A stretch of 64,000 nucleotides of DNA from an uncultured Chloroflexia bacterium (GCA_963795805.1 CAWCIV010000004.1:195126-259125), one strand, 5' to 3'. Positions 8,653-18,605 are shown, counted from the stretch's first letter. Notes: generated by a model not told the origin, from the sequence alone. A program made the numbers and translations.

Positions 8653-10227
8653 GTGCCTCGGGTCCTTGTAGCCGACCCGATCTCGGAGGCAGGGCTCGAC
8701 CGGCTTCGCCAGCACGCGGACGTCGACGTCCATCTGAAGCAAACACCTGCCGAGCTGCGCGATCGGATCGACCCGTACGAGGCCCTGGTGGTCCGCAGTG
8801 AGACCCGCGTCAGCGCGGACATTATTGAGGCCGGGATTCATCTGAAAGTCATTGGTCGGGCCGGCGCCGGGGTGGACAACATCGATGTCCCGACCGCGAC
8901 CCGGGCTGGCATCCTGGTCGTCAATGCGCCGTCTGGCAATACGATCGCGGCCACCGAGCACACCATGGCCATGATGCTCGCGCTGGCGCGACATCTTCCG
9001 CAGGCAGACCAGGCGGTGAAGGCCGGTCGTTGGGAGCGGTCCAAGTTTCTCGGCACCGAGTTGCGGGACAAGGTCCTCGGGGTCGTGGGACTGGGCAACA
9101 TCGGCGTCGAGGTCGCGCGCCGCGCGCAAACCTTCGGCATGCACGTGATCGCCGCAGACCCGGTCGTCTCACGTGACCGGGCCGATCAGCTGAACGTCCG
9201 GCTGGTGAGCTTTGACGAGCTGATGGCCGAAGCGGACGTCGTGACCTTGCATGTGCCGCTGACGGCAGCCACCCGTCACCTGGTGAATGCCAGGACGCTC
9301 GCGGCCGTCAAGCCCGGGATGCGATTGCTCAACGTCGCGCGCGGGGGCATCGTCGACGAAGCCGCGCTGCTGGAGGCGCTCAAGTCCCGACGCGTCGCCG
9401 GCGCGGCGCTCGACGTCTTCGAAACCGAGCCGCCTGGCGACAATCCCCTGTTCGCCCTGCCCCAGGTGATCACCACGCCGCATCTGGGCGCGTCCACCGA
9501 GGAGGCGCAGATCAGCGTTGCGATCGAGATCGCCGACCAGATCATCGCCGTGCTCGAAGGGGGCCAGCCCCGTTTCGCACTCAACGCCCCGGTCGTGCTC
9601 CCCGAGGAGATGGCGTCACTCCGACCGTTTCTGCCGGTTGCGGAGGGGATCGGTCGCTTCTACGCGCAGGTTGCGCGCCAGCCGGCTCGCCGCCTGCACA
9701 TCGATTACGTTGGAGCGATCGCAGCCCATGACTGCTCGGTCCTGACCGCGGCGGTGTTGACCGCCTTCCTCAGCCGCTTCAGCGCCGAGCGGGTCAATCC
9801 CGTGAACGCTCGGGCGGTGGCCAGCGCTCACGGGATCGAGGTCGTCGAGCAGCGCAGCCCCCGCCCGAGTGAGTTCGCCAATCTGATCTCTCTGCACGCG
9901 ATCGGCGAGCAGAGCGAGACCCGCATCGGGGGGACCCTGCTGCTGAACGAGCCGCACATCGTGACCTTCAACGACTTCCGCATCGACCTGGTGCCGACCG
10001 GTTCGTTTCTCATGAGCTGGCATACGGACAAGCCAGGCATCATCGGGGCCATTGGCACACTCCTGGGCGAAAACAACATCAACATCGCCAGCATGCAGGT
10101 GGGGCGCGACCGGCCGCGAGGCGACGCCGTCATGATCCTCAGCGTCGATGAGCCGGTCCCGGAATCGATCCAGGCACGCATCCGGGACGTGCCCGGCATG
10201 ACCGACGTGCAGTCGGTCACGCTCTAA
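8653..10227 (+). CDS. serA: D-3-phosphoglycerate dehydrogenase (long form with ACT domain)
   Basis: GTG at 8653. PRVLVADPISEAGLDRL.., NAD motif GVVGLGNIGVEVARR, HLGASTEEAQ, and a C-terminal ACT-like ..AVMILSVDEPVPESI. The track ORF start at 8449 overlaps the upstream gene. Confidence 0.88.
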   Translation: MPRVLVADPISEAGLDRLRQHADVDVHLKQTPAELRDRIDPYEALVVRSETRVSADIIEAGIHLKVIGRAGAGVDNIDVPTATRAGILVVNAPSGNTIAATEHTMAMMLALARHLPQADQAVKAGRWERSKFLGTELRDKVLGVVGLGNIGVEVARRAQTFGMHVIAADPVVSRDRADQLNVRLVSFDELMAEADVVTLHVPLTAATRHLVNARTLAAVKPGMRLLNVARGGIVDEAALLEALKSRRVAGAALDVFETEPPGDNPLFALPQVITTPHLGASTEEAQISVAIEIADQIIAVLEGGQPRFALNAPVVLPEEMASLRPFLPVAEGIGRFYAQVARQPARRLHIDYVGAIAAHDCSVLTAAVLTAFLSRFSAERVNPVNARAVASAHGIEVVEQRSPRPSEFANLISLHAIGEQSETRIGGTLLLNEPHIVTFNDFRIDLVPTGSFLMSWHTDKPGIIGAIGTLLGENNINIASMQVGRDRPRGDAVMILSVDEPVPESIQARIRDVPGMTDVQSVTL

Positions 10228-10234
10228 ACCTCCG

Positions 10235-11530
10235 GTGGCCGAGGTCCGCCCGTTTCAGGGCGTGATGTACGACCCGTCCCGCGTCGACCTGGCCCAGGTC
10301 GTCGCACCGCCCTACGACATCATCACCCCCGACGACCAGAAGCGCTACTACCGGCAGGATCCGCGCAACGTAGTGCGCCTGATCGCGGGCGAGGTCCGTC
10401 CGTCCGACGCCGCGGAGGACAACAAGTACTCGCGAGCGGCAGGCTTCTTTCGCGACTGGCTCCGAGACGGCATCCTCCGCCGAGAACCGGAGGCGTGCGG
10501 CTACATCTATGAAGAGCAGTTCCTCGATCCGGTCCACGGGAGGCCTCATCGGCGGGTCGGAATCCTCGCCGTCGTCGAGCTCGAGCCATTCGGGACGGGC
10601 ATCCTGGCACACGAGCGCACGCATGCGCGCGCCAAAGCCGACCGCCTGTCCTTGACCAGGGCAGTCGGGGCTAACCTCAGCCCGGTCTTCGCGCTCTTCC
10701 AGGATCCTGCGCACGCGGTTGGGCGCCTGGTCGAGCCCATAATGCGGGAGCCGCCTCGCTTGAGGATCGCCCTCGAGGGCAACGAGGAACACCGAATCTG
10801 GGTCCTGCCGATGACGCGGTTCCGGGAGATCGCCGTCGCGCTGCAGGCCTCACGGCTCTTCATGGCGGACGGCCACCACCGGTATGAGACGGCCCTGAAC
10901 TACCGCAACCGGCAGCGCAGCGAGCACCCGGACGCCCCGACTGACGCCGCCTTCAACTTTGTCCTGATGTTGCTGGTCGATGCCGAGGAACCCGGTCTGA
11001 TGATTCTTCCCACGCATCGACTGCTCCGCGACCTGGAAGCCTTTGACGGTGATCGCCTCCTGCGCGAGCTTGGCGAGTCACGGCCGGTCAGCCGCTACCA
11101 CGACCGCGCCGGCCTGCTCCTGGCGATGCAGGATGGCGGACACCATCGAGTTGGGATTGCCCTTCCGGACGGGACGCATGCCACCGTCGATCTGGCGGAC
11201 CCGGCCGACGGGGACGATCCCGTGGCACGACTCGACGTCTCGCTGCTCCACCGCGAGATCCTGGAGAAACATCTCGGCCTCGGGGAACAGGTTCTCGACG
11301 AGGAGCGCTACCTGACCTACTCCCGGGACCCGGACTTCGTGCTGGACCAGGTGGCGGCCGGGCACGCCCAGGCGGCCTTCCTCTTGCGTCCGCCGGCGGT
11401 TGCGGACGTCATCGCCGTCGCCGGGGCAGGCCGGGTGATGCCCCAGAAGTCGACCTACTTTTACCCGAAACCCCTGTCCGGGATCGTGTTCAATCCGCTC
11501 GATCCATCGATCCGGATCCCACCGGCCTGA
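10235..11530 (+). CDS. DUF1015-family protein
   Basis: 431 aa. MAEVRPFQGVMYDPSRVDLAQVVAPPYDIITPDDQKRYY.. matches the DUF1015 N-terminal signature as I recall it. Starts 7 nt after serA. Confidence 0.7.
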   Translation: MAEVRPFQGVMYDPSRVDLAQVVAPPYDIITPDDQKRYYRQDPRNVVRLIAGEVRPSDAAEDNKYSRAAGFFRDWLRDGILRREPEACGYIYEEQFLDPVHGRPHRRVGILAVVELEPFGTGILAHERTHARAKADRLSLTRAVGANLSPVFALFQDPAHAVGRLVEPIMREPPRLRIALEGNEEHRIWVLPMTRFREIAVALQASRLFMADGHHRYETALNYRNRQRSEHPDAPTDAAFNFVLMLLVDAEEPGLMILPTHRLLRDLEAFDGDRLLRELGESRPVSRYHDRAGLLLAMQDGGHHRVGIALPDGTHATVDLADPADGDDPVARLDVSLLHREILEKHLGLGEQVLDEERYLTYSRDPDFVLDQVAAGHAQAAFLLRPPAVADVIAVAGAGRVMPQKSTYFYPKPLSGIVFNPLDPSIRIPPA

Positions 11531-11639
11531 CCGGCTCGGGAGAGCTGGCAGGATGCATTTGATCCGTTGGCTTGTTTCATTTTCGTGAGCCGAATTGGCT
11601 TGCTCCCCGAATACAGGTTGGTTAGTATGCTGGGACTAA

Positions 11640-11927
11640 ATGAACGGCAAGCGTGTCGTGATCTACATGCCCGAGCACCTCGTGGACGCCCTGAACCGGG
11701 TCACCGCCGCGTCCCCCAAGAGTCGCAGCGAGATCATCAGCGAGGCGGTCCAGCGCTTCCTCGGCCAGACGCGCCAGGACCCACTGCCCGAGTCGACGGT
11801 GGCTCCCGACGAGGCGTTCTTCGACCGGGTCGCCGAGATGATGCAGAGCGGCTTGTTACAACCCGGCGACTTCAGCGAAGCCGCTTCTGAGGAGCCCCGC
11901 CCCAAGAGCAAGCTCTGGATCAACTAG
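11640..11927 (+). CDS. Ribbon-helix-helix (CopG-like) protein
   Basis: KRVVIYMPEHLVDALNRVTAASPKSRSEIISEAVQRFL has the beta-strand/helix/helix pattern of RHH DNA binders. An AT-richer promoter region lies upstream. Confidence 0.55.
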   Translation: MNGKRVVIYMPEHLVDALNRVTAASPKSRSEIISEAVQRFLGQTRQDPLPESTVAPDEAFFDRVAEMMQSGLLQPGDFSEAASEEPRPKSKLWIN

Positions 11928-11981
11928 CGGCCGACCCCTCCGGGTTCCGCCGTTCGGAAATCCGGGTATAACTTAACTGTC

Positions 11982-12374
11982 ATGCCGACCTACGGATATC
12001 GCTGCAGCCGCGGTCATCACTGGGAGATCGTCCAGCGGATGACCGAGGCTCCCCTGACCGAGTGCCCAGAATGTGGCGCGCCGGCGACCCGCGTGTTCTA
12101 TCCCGTTGGGGTCGTCTTCAAGGGCCAGGGCTTTTACAAGACCGACTCGCGTGGCTCGGGCGGGATCGCGGCCGGGACGGCTAACGATGGGGCCGGCGCG
12201 AAGGACGGAAAGTCGGAGAAGGACGGAAAGTCGAGCAAGGAAGCGGCAAAGACCGAGACCAAGGCCGCGACGTCCGACACCGCAGGCAAGGATGGCGGCA
12301 GCAAGGGTGGCGGCGTGAAAGCCGACGCCCCGTCGACGCCGCCACCGGCAAAATCAGAAGAGAAGACCGCTTAA
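11982..12374 (+). CDS. FmdB-family zinc-ribbon protein with Lys/Gly/Ser-rich tail
   Basis: MPTYGYRCSRGHHWEIVQRMTEAPLTECPECGAP.TRVF (CxxC-type zinc ribbon), then GFYKTDSR. Confidence 0.75.
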   Translation: MPTYGYRCSRGHHWEIVQRMTEAPLTECPECGAPATRVFYPVGVVFKGQGFYKTDSRGSGGIAAGTANDGAGAKDGKSEKDGKSSKEAAKTETKAATSDTAGKDGGSKGGGVKADAPSTPPPAKSEEKTA

Positions 12375-12392
12375 GAAGCAAGGAGGGAACGC

Positions 12393-12722
12393 GTGATCGG
12401 AAAGGACGTCGTCCAGGTGACCGACCAGAACTTCGAGACCACGGTTGGCGCGTCGCAGCAACCGGTGCTCGTCGATTTCTGGGCAACCTGGTGCGCGCCC
12501 TGCAAGATGCTGAAGCCCGTGGTCGAGGAACTCGCGACCGAGTACAAGGGACGTGTCACCCTGGCGGAGCTCGATGTGGACGCCAACCCCAACACGGCGT
12601 CGAAGTTCGGAGTGCTCAGCATCCCGACCCTGATCCTGTTTCGAGGCGGCAAGGCCGTACAGCGAATCGTCGGCTACCAGCAAAAGGCCACGCTGCGCCA
12701 GAAGATCGACGCCGTTCTGTAA
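12393..12722 (+). CDS. trxA: Thioredoxin
   Basis: 109 aa. VLVDFWATWCAPCKMLKPVVEELA, ..SIPTLILFRGG. Confidence 0.92.
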   Translation: MIGKDVVQVTDQNFETTVGASQQPVLVDFWATWCAPCKMLKPVVEELATEYKGRVTLAELDVDANPNTASKFGVLSIPTLILFRGGKAVQRIVGYQQKATLRQKIDAVL

Positions 12723-12852
12723 GCTCAGCCGGCACGGGGGTGCATGGGCTCAGGTGGGCTCCGCGGTCTTCAAAACCGACGTTCGGCATCCTTGGCGATG
12801 TCGAAGGACGGATCGTTCCCGTCGCGCCCCCGCCAATTGGCCCGGGTTGAAT

Positions 12853-13980
12853 CTATGCACGGCCGTTGAAGAACGTGCTGATGTTCCCCATCTTGTCGAT
12901 CTTCCTCACCCGGCCGTTATCGTGGTCACCTATGTAGAGGTTGCCGCTGCGGTCAAATAACAACGCGTAGGGATGATTGAGCGTCGCCATCGTTGCCGGG
13001 CCGCCATCGCCCGTGTCGCCGAACTGACCCGTGCCCGCCACTGTCGTGATCATGCCCCGGGGATCGATTCTCCTGACCACGCTTTCGTCTGGCTGGGCAA
13101 CGTAGAGGTTTCCCAAGCTGTCGACGGCTAGGCCGTCGGGGTCCGACAGCAGCGCCCTTGTAGCCGGACCACCATCACCAGCATATCCATGGCTGCCTGT
13201 GCCAGCTACGGTCGTGATTACGCCGTTGCGGTCGACGCGGCGCACGCGATTGTTGGCGGAATCGGCAATGTAGATGTTTTCGGCGCGGTCGAAGGCAATG
13301 CCATATGGCTGATCGAGCTGTGCCAGTGTCGCGAGCCGGCCGTCGCCGGCGAACCCCCGTTCACCGGTGCCGGCCAGAGTCGTCACGATGCCAGCGGGGG
13401 AGATCTTCCGCACGGCGCCGTTATCGCGGTCAGATACATACAGGTCGCCCTGCGCGTCGAGAACAAGGTTGACCGGTGCTCGGAACAGCGCATGACTGGC
13501 TGGGCCGCCGTCTCCTGCGAAAGCGCCCTCGTTGGACAGCAGCGGTGGTATCGGCCCAGAGCCTGCGAACTCACGGACCGTACCGGTGTGGTCGATCTTC
13601 CGGATTCGGTTGTTGCCATGGTCGCTGACAAACAGGTCCCCCGATTCTGCAACTGCGAGCCCAGCGGGGCAGGCGAATTGAGCCTTCGTGGCCAGGCCGC
13701 CATCGCCCGAGAACCCCTGCGTGCCGGTTCCCGCAACGACGCTGAAGCGGTTGCTGGTGCTGATCCGAAAGACCACCGCGTCCTGGCAGTCCACTCCATA
13801 CAGGTTGCCCTTGGAATCGAACGTCAACTGGTCCGGGCCGCCCAGAGCGAAAGCGGCTTGGGCGCGCGGATTAGCCGATGCACCGGCCGGAACGCCGGCT
13901 GATCCGCTGCTGCCGCAGGCCGCTAGGACAAACGCAATAGTCGGCACCAGTGCCGACCACGCTCGACAAACCCGGCGCAT
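12853..13980 (-). CDS. NHL-repeat beta-propeller lipoprotein
   Basis: Lipobox ..FVLAACGSSG. Six repeats of the type GxxGxxGDGGPAT.A.L..P.GLAVD..GNLYVAD..N.RVRKI. Confidence 0.8.
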   Translation of the reverse strand: MRRVCRAWSALVPTIAFVLAACGSSGSAGVPAGASANPRAQAAFALGGPDQLTFDSKGNLYGVDCQDAVVFRISTSNRFSVVAGTGTQGFSGDGGLATKAQFACPAGLAVAESGDLFVSDHGNNRIRKIDHTGTVREFAGSGPIPPLLSNEGAFAGDGGPASHALFRAPVNLVLDAQGDLYVSDRDNGAVRKISPAGIVTTLAGTGERGFAGDGRLATLAQLDQPYGIAFDRAENIYIADSANNRVRRVDRNGVITTVAGTGSHGYAGDGGPATRALLSDPDGLAVDSLGNLYVAQPDESVVRRIDPRGMITTVAGTGQFGDTGDGGPATMATLNHPYALLFDRSGNLYIGDHDNGRVRKIDKMGNISTFFNGRA

Positions 13981-14059
13981 CTCTTCTTGTACTCCCAGAG
14001 CTCCGAGGTTGACATCGGACGGGGTCCGAGTTGCTGCCTTAACGATTTGAAGGCGCAGA

Positions 14060-14668
14060 ATGTTTCAACCAACCGCCAGCTGCTTTGAAACATTTCGTCC
14101 TGGTCGTTCGTTGGATCGGCAGCAAGTCCAAGAGAGCGTGGGGAATTTGGCCGTGAGTTCGGACGACCGCAGCTGGTTCGACCCGCTGGTGCGGAGCCTT
14201 GGCAACCGCGCTCTGAGATTCGCCTTGATGAATGTGGGTGATTTCGAGACCGCGCAGGACATCGTGCAAGAAGCCTTCGCTCGTTGCTGGGCCTCTCCAA
14301 ATACTCCTTCGACTGAAGCCGACTTCCATCGCTGGCTCTTTCGGGTAATTGCAAACCTGGCTCGCGACCACCACCGACAGGGCGCCCGCTTTCGGAACTT
14401 ATCTATACCGCCGACAGTGCCGGTTGATCCTCTCGAACGCATGGACAGGCGGTCAGAGGAGGAAGAGATCTTGGCCGCTCTCCAGACGCTGAGCCTTCGC
14501 GAACGACAGGCGATTTACCTCCGATATTTCGAGGACCAGTCATTCGCTGACACGGCCCGGATCATGGGCAGTCCTCAGGTCAGCGTCCGCGTCATCGTGC
14601 ATCGCGCGCTCGCCAAGCTACGGCAGCGTTTGGAGGCTGGCGCCGTGAATGAGGTCGTTGCCTTGTGA
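14060..14668 (+). CDS. ECF-type RNA polymerase sigma-70 factor
   Basis: Region 2 ..AQDIVQEAFARCW..FHRWLFRVIANLARDH and region 4 LSLRERQAIYLRYFEDQSFADTARIMGSPQVSVRVIVHRALAKLR. The true start may be an internal GTG around 14140-14155. Confidence 0.82.
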   Translation: MFQPTASCFETFRPGRSLDRQQVQESVGNLAVSSDDRSWFDPLVRSLGNRALRFALMNVGDFETAQDIVQEAFARCWASPNTPSTEADFHRWLFRVIANLARDHHRQGARFRNLSIPPTVPVDPLERMDRRSEEEEILAALQTLSLRERQAIYLRYFEDQSFADTARIMGSPQVSVRVIVHRALAKLRQRLEAGAVNEVVAL

Positions 14669-15541
14669 ACACCGTCGAGCTCGAGAGACGCCTCCGGTCA
14701 ACGGCCTTAACCTACGAGCGGTCGGCTCCCGCCGCGCCGCATCTGGAGCGAAGCATTTTCGATCGGATTGCGGTGACCCCCCGGGGGCGCGCGAGGCTGC
14801 CTGGAAATGATGGACGTCGATCCTGGGCACTCCAGCTGGTGGCAGCTGCGATGGTTGTCGCATTCGCTGTCGCCTTAGCCGTCCTCGTCCGGGAAGCCCG
14901 ATTGTTCGGCGAATCACAGCCCGTCACGACACCGAGACCATATACGATCCATCCGCCACCGTCCGGAGTCGGCACATGCGGCTCTGTACCGCGGCAGTGG
15001 GCAACCTCGCCGCCGAGTCCAGCAAAGATGCTGAGTGCCACGACCGGTTGGGCGTATGGGCCAATGCGTACCACAGACGGCGGCGCTCACTGGCTGGACG
15101 TCTCTCCGCCCTCTATCGCCAGCCGAACGAGCAAGAACGATGAGTTCTTTCTGGATGCAACGCACGCCTGGGTCGCTGAGACGGCCAGCTCGTCCCAGGG
15201 CATGTGTGGATCACGTCGTCACGTTCCGGACGGCCGACGGTGGTCGGACCTGGCAGCAGGCCGCTCCGATTGCGGTCAGGTACGGGGTTCCCACGGACGT
15301 GATATGGACAGGAGAAGGCAACCACGCCGGCTGGTTTTCCTTTGTCGACGCCAACCACGGCTGGCTTTTGCTTGGATCGGGCCCGGCGGTCTCGGAGCGA
15401 GGCCAGGATCCGTCGTGGGTCGGAGCCGGATGGCGTGTGGGAGACCTCTATCGAACAACGGACGGGGGGCTGCACTGGACGCTGGCCGCACGCAACCCTG
15501 CCGTGCGCCTCGGCCGATCAGTGGTCGTCGGACACGCGTAA
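14665..15541 (+). pseudogene. Anti-sigma-like membrane protein with BNR/Asp-box (Ycf48-like) ectodomain. Frame shifts around 15200-15205.
   Basis: 4-nt overlap with the sigma gene. One TM segment (LQLVAAAMVVAFAVALAVLV). Frame 1 reads ..MRTTDGGAHWLDV..FFLDATHAWVAETASSSQG and then becomes nonsense. The other frame continues VDHVVTFRTADGGRTWQQ..YRTTDGGLHWTL to the stop at 15541. Confidence 0.7.
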
Positions 15542-15542
15542 C

Positions 15543-16058
15543 TCAGGACTTGGAGCCATATCGAGTCACCGGCGCCCGCCGACTGCCGGGCAGCCCTCGT
15601 GATGTCACGGCTCGACGGATTTGCTCGATCGTCTTAGCCGTAGTCTGTAATTTGCCGGCGCCGATCTGCGCGCCAAGTGCCTCCGCCCAGGCCTTTTGCT
15701 CGACCGAGATAGCTCGCAGCGTCTCGCGGCCTCGGGCGGTGGGCTGCAGCAGTTTGGCCCGACGATGATCGGGGTTAGGCTCGTAGCGGGCCAGTCCCTC
15801 GCGCACGAGTAGGTCGGCGACACGCTGTATCGCCTGGCGGGCGATGTGGCGCTGTCGGCCGATTTCGGCGACGGTCGAGGGCTTGTCTTCGATGAAGTCG
15901 AGGATCACCCAGCGCGCCAACGTCTGGTTGCTTACCCTGGCGAGGGCTTCACCCGCTGCCGTAAAAAGCCCACCCAGCCAGGCAACCTCTAGGACTAATT
16001 GCGTAAAGGCGTCTCCCTCTGGGGTCCGGCGAGGCCGCACGTCAGACATTGACAACAT
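15543..16058 (-). CDS. MarR-family transcriptional regulator
   Basis: ..LARWVILDFIEDKPSTVAEIGRQRHIARQAIQRVADLLVREGLARYEPNPDHRRAKLLQPT (winged HTH). Start is at the ATG at 16058 or 16049. The track start at 16094 is less likely. Confidence 0.8.
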   Translation of the reverse strand: MLSMSDVRPRRTPEGDAFTQLVLEVAWLGGLFTAAGEALARVSNQTLARWVILDFIEDKPSTVAEIGRQRHIARQAIQRVADLLVREGLARYEPNPDHRRAKLLQPTARGRETLRAISVEQKAWAEALGAQIGAGKLQTTAKTIEQIRRAVTSRGLPGSRRAPVTRYGSKS

Positions 16059-16102
16059 GTTGTCGATGTAGGTAATATTCAACCATGACAGCATGATGTC
16101 AT
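16051..16102. promoter_or_regulatory. Two related palindromes (tGACAnCATGnTGTCa), a putative MarR operator pair
   Basis: GACAACATGTTGTC (16051-16064, perfect 14-bp palindrome over the MarR start) and ATGACAGCATGATGTCAT (16085-16102, 16/18 symmetric). Centres are 36 bp apart, in the MarR / epoxide-hydrolase divergent region. Confidence 0.6.
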
Positions 16103-16142
16103 ACCGCGAATTTCAACGCAAATCGATAACGGAGGAGCCGCA

Positions 16143-17330
16143 ATGCAAAAGATGACCGAGCCCCAGGCGAAGGCAACCAAAGAGGCGGCGATCAAGCCGT
16201 TCCGAATCAGTGTCCCGAAGGCAGACCTGGATGCATTGCACCAGCGACTCGCGCAAACCCGGTGGCCAGACGAACTTGCCAGTGTCGGCTGGGCCTACGG
16301 CGTCCCGCTGGACGAGATGAAAAACCTCGCGAACTACTGGCGCAGTTCGTACGACTGGAGGGCCCAGGAAGCGCGCCTCAACGCATACCCGCAGTTCACG
16401 ACCAGCATCGACGGCCAGAACATCCATTTCCTTCACGTCCGATCTGCGGAGCCGAATGCGTTGCCACTGCTGTTGACGCATGGCTGGCCCGGCTCGGTCG
16501 CCGAGTTCCTGGAGTTGATTGGTCCGCTCATCGACCCGCGCGCCCACGGTGGCGATTCCGTCGATGCCTTCCATCTTGTCATCCCATCATTGCCCGGGTT
16601 CGGGTTTTCCGGACCCACGAGGGAGAGGGGTTGGGATTTCGCCCGCGTCGCACGCGCCTGGGCTGCACTCATGAATCGGCTGGGCTATGGGCGCTACGGT
16701 GCGCAGGGCGGGGACGTCGGCGCGATTGTCTCGCCCGAACTGGGTCACGTTGACCCCGAGCACGTCGTCGGCATCCACGTGAACGCGGCCACCGTCGGCT
16801 TCATTCCCTGGGGCGATGTCGATCCGGCCGAGCTGCCGACCTTCACCCAGATTGAGAGGGCTCGCCTGGCACGGGTGAAAGCCTTTATGTCCGACGGCAA
16901 TGGTTACTTTCAAATGCAGGCGACCCGGCCGCAGACTATCGCGTACAGCCTGAATGACTCGCCCGCTGGCCAGCTGGCCTGGATCGTCGACAAGTTCCAT
17001 GACTGGACACACGGGCCGATGGAGGAGGCGGTCGGGCGCGACCGCATCCTGACCAACGTGATGCTGTACTGGATCACCGGAACGGCCGGCTCGGCCGCGC
17101 GGATGTACTACGAGAACATGCACTCCGCACCGAACTGGGGACGGCCACCGTCGCGAACACCCCTTGCTGTCGCGGCCTTCGCCGAGGACATCTCAATCCG
17201 GCGGTACGGCGAGCAGGCGAATAACATCGTCCGCTGGTCGGACTTCGACCGCGGAGGCCACTTCGCGGCGATGGAGGCGCCCGACTTGTTGGTCGAGGAT
17301 GTGCGAGCGTTCTTCCGGAGCCTTCGGTGA
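16143..17330 (+). CDS. Epoxide hydrolase (alpha/beta hydrolase with EHN N-terminal domain)
   Basis: [26 protein letters not shown], ..[25 protein letters not shown] nucleophile elbow. 395 aa. Confidence 0.85.
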   Translation: MQKMTEPQAKATKEAAIKPFRISVPKADLDALHQRLAQTRWPDELASVGWAYGVPLDEMKNLANYWRSSYDWRAQEARLNAYPQFTTSIDGQNIHFLHVRSAEPNALPLLLTHGWPGSVAEFLELIGPLIDPRAHGGDSVDAFHLVIPSLPGFGFSGPTRERGWDFARVARAWAALMNRLGYGRYGAQGGDVGAIVSPELGHVDPEHVVGIHVNAATVGFIPWGDVDPAELPTFTQIERARLARVKAFMSDGNGYFQMQATRPQTIAYSLNDSPAGQLAWIVDKFHDWTHGPMEEAVGRDRILTNVMLYWITGTAGSAARMYYENMHSAPNWGRPPSRTPLAVAAFAEDISIRRYGEQANNIVRWSDFDRGGHFAAMEAPDLLVEDVRAFFRSLR

Positions 17331-17846
17331 TGGAGACCGGGCTCACGCCCGGTTTCCCGATCTTCGCCACGAGCTTGTCAGGAGGCATCTGGCTCCTCAT
17401 CGACCAGCCAGCGATCGCGGCAGCCAACGACGTCGCGCCCCCGCCAGTTGGAACAAAACGGCATGAGCTTCGCGGGCCAAGCCCGGACAGCCTGCAGTTC
17501 GAGCGAATGGAGATGGGGTATAGCGGATTTCTACAATTCTGCTGCCCAGGCGATCTGGAGAAGTTCTACTTCTGGGCTCGCTGGCCGGGTTGGCGCCAGG
17601 AGATAACTGGCCTTCAGACAGATCAAGGGTTGTCCTTCTATCCCTTCCCTTGGAGCAAGCAAGGGAAGGATCTAGCAAAGACCTCTAGGAGACCTGTTCC
17701 CATGAGTGAACTGTGGTACGTCGCTATGGGACGCGTTCGCAGCCCGACACGCTGCCCCCTGATGCGGAAGTCAGAATCAGCTGGCACGACCCTGGCGCCG
17801 TTGGCCCGAGAAACGACTGACGGGACAACTGACGGACAATTAGGAG

Positions 17847-18197
17847 ATGGCCGATAAGCTTCACTATCTGGAGATCGTCAGCAACGATCTAGACACCCTG
17901 ATTGGGCTCTACCAGAGCCTGCACGGTCTCTCGTTTGGTTCCCCAGACCCCGACCTCGGGCAGGCACGTGTCGCGACTCGAGCTGACGGAACTCTCGTGG
18001 GAATCCGGAAGCCCCTGGCCGCTCATGAGCAGCCGATCATTCGGACCTACCTCCAGGTCGACGACATCCAACAAGCCGTGACGACGGCAGAGGAAGGTGG
18101 CGCGACGATCGCCTATCCTCCAAACCGACAGGGACAACGCGGTACGTTTGCAATCGTCATCCAAGGGGGCGTCGAACACGGACTATGGCAACGGTAG
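17847..18197 (+). CDS. VOC (glyoxalase/bleomycin-resistance fold) family protein
   Basis: 116 aa. LHYLEIVSNDLDTLIGLY..., GGAG RBS. Confidence 0.55.
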   Translation: MADKLHYLEIVSNDLDTLIGLYQSLHGLSFGSPDPDLGQARVATRADGTLVGIRKPLAAHEQPIIRTYLQVDDIQQAVTTAEEGGATIAYPPNRQGQRGTFAIVIQGGVEHGLWQR

Positions 18198-18329
18198 AGG
18201 GTCGCTCTAGGTCATAGAGCAACGGGGCCTATGCCTAGGACGCGGCTGGGCTTTCATCAGGATGAGCCGGCCCCACAGCGGGGTCGACAGCGCGCTCGCA
18301 GTCCTCGACCCGGTCGTCTCAATCCTGGG

Positions 18330-18605
18330 CTACTCCCCGGGCGCTTGATCGGCTCGGCGCTCGAAGTCGTTGGCTGCCACCTCGAGGCGCGTAGCTTGCG
18401 CTGCATCGCCGCGCTCGCGTGCTCGCAGAGCTCCTATACGAAAGCGCGCTGCCTCGGCTCGAAGCTCATCTCGATTTAGCGGCCTGAGGGTTTCATCAGG
18501 ATTCATCTTTCCGGGTGTGTAGCCAGTCCAGTAGCCGAAGCCCTGACGCTCCCCACGGTGCTTGTCCTCGCCCACGCCCAGGATGCTAGCAGTGCGCCCT
18601 TGCAT
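18330..18605 (-). CDS. Hypothetical protein
   Basis: 91-aa ORF in the AT-richer accessory stretch. No family recognised. Confidence 0.35.
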   Translation of the reverse strand: MQGRTASILGVGEDKHRGERQGFGYWTGYTPGKMNPDETLRPLNRDELRAEAARFRIGALRARERGDAAQATRLEVAANDFERRADQAPGE

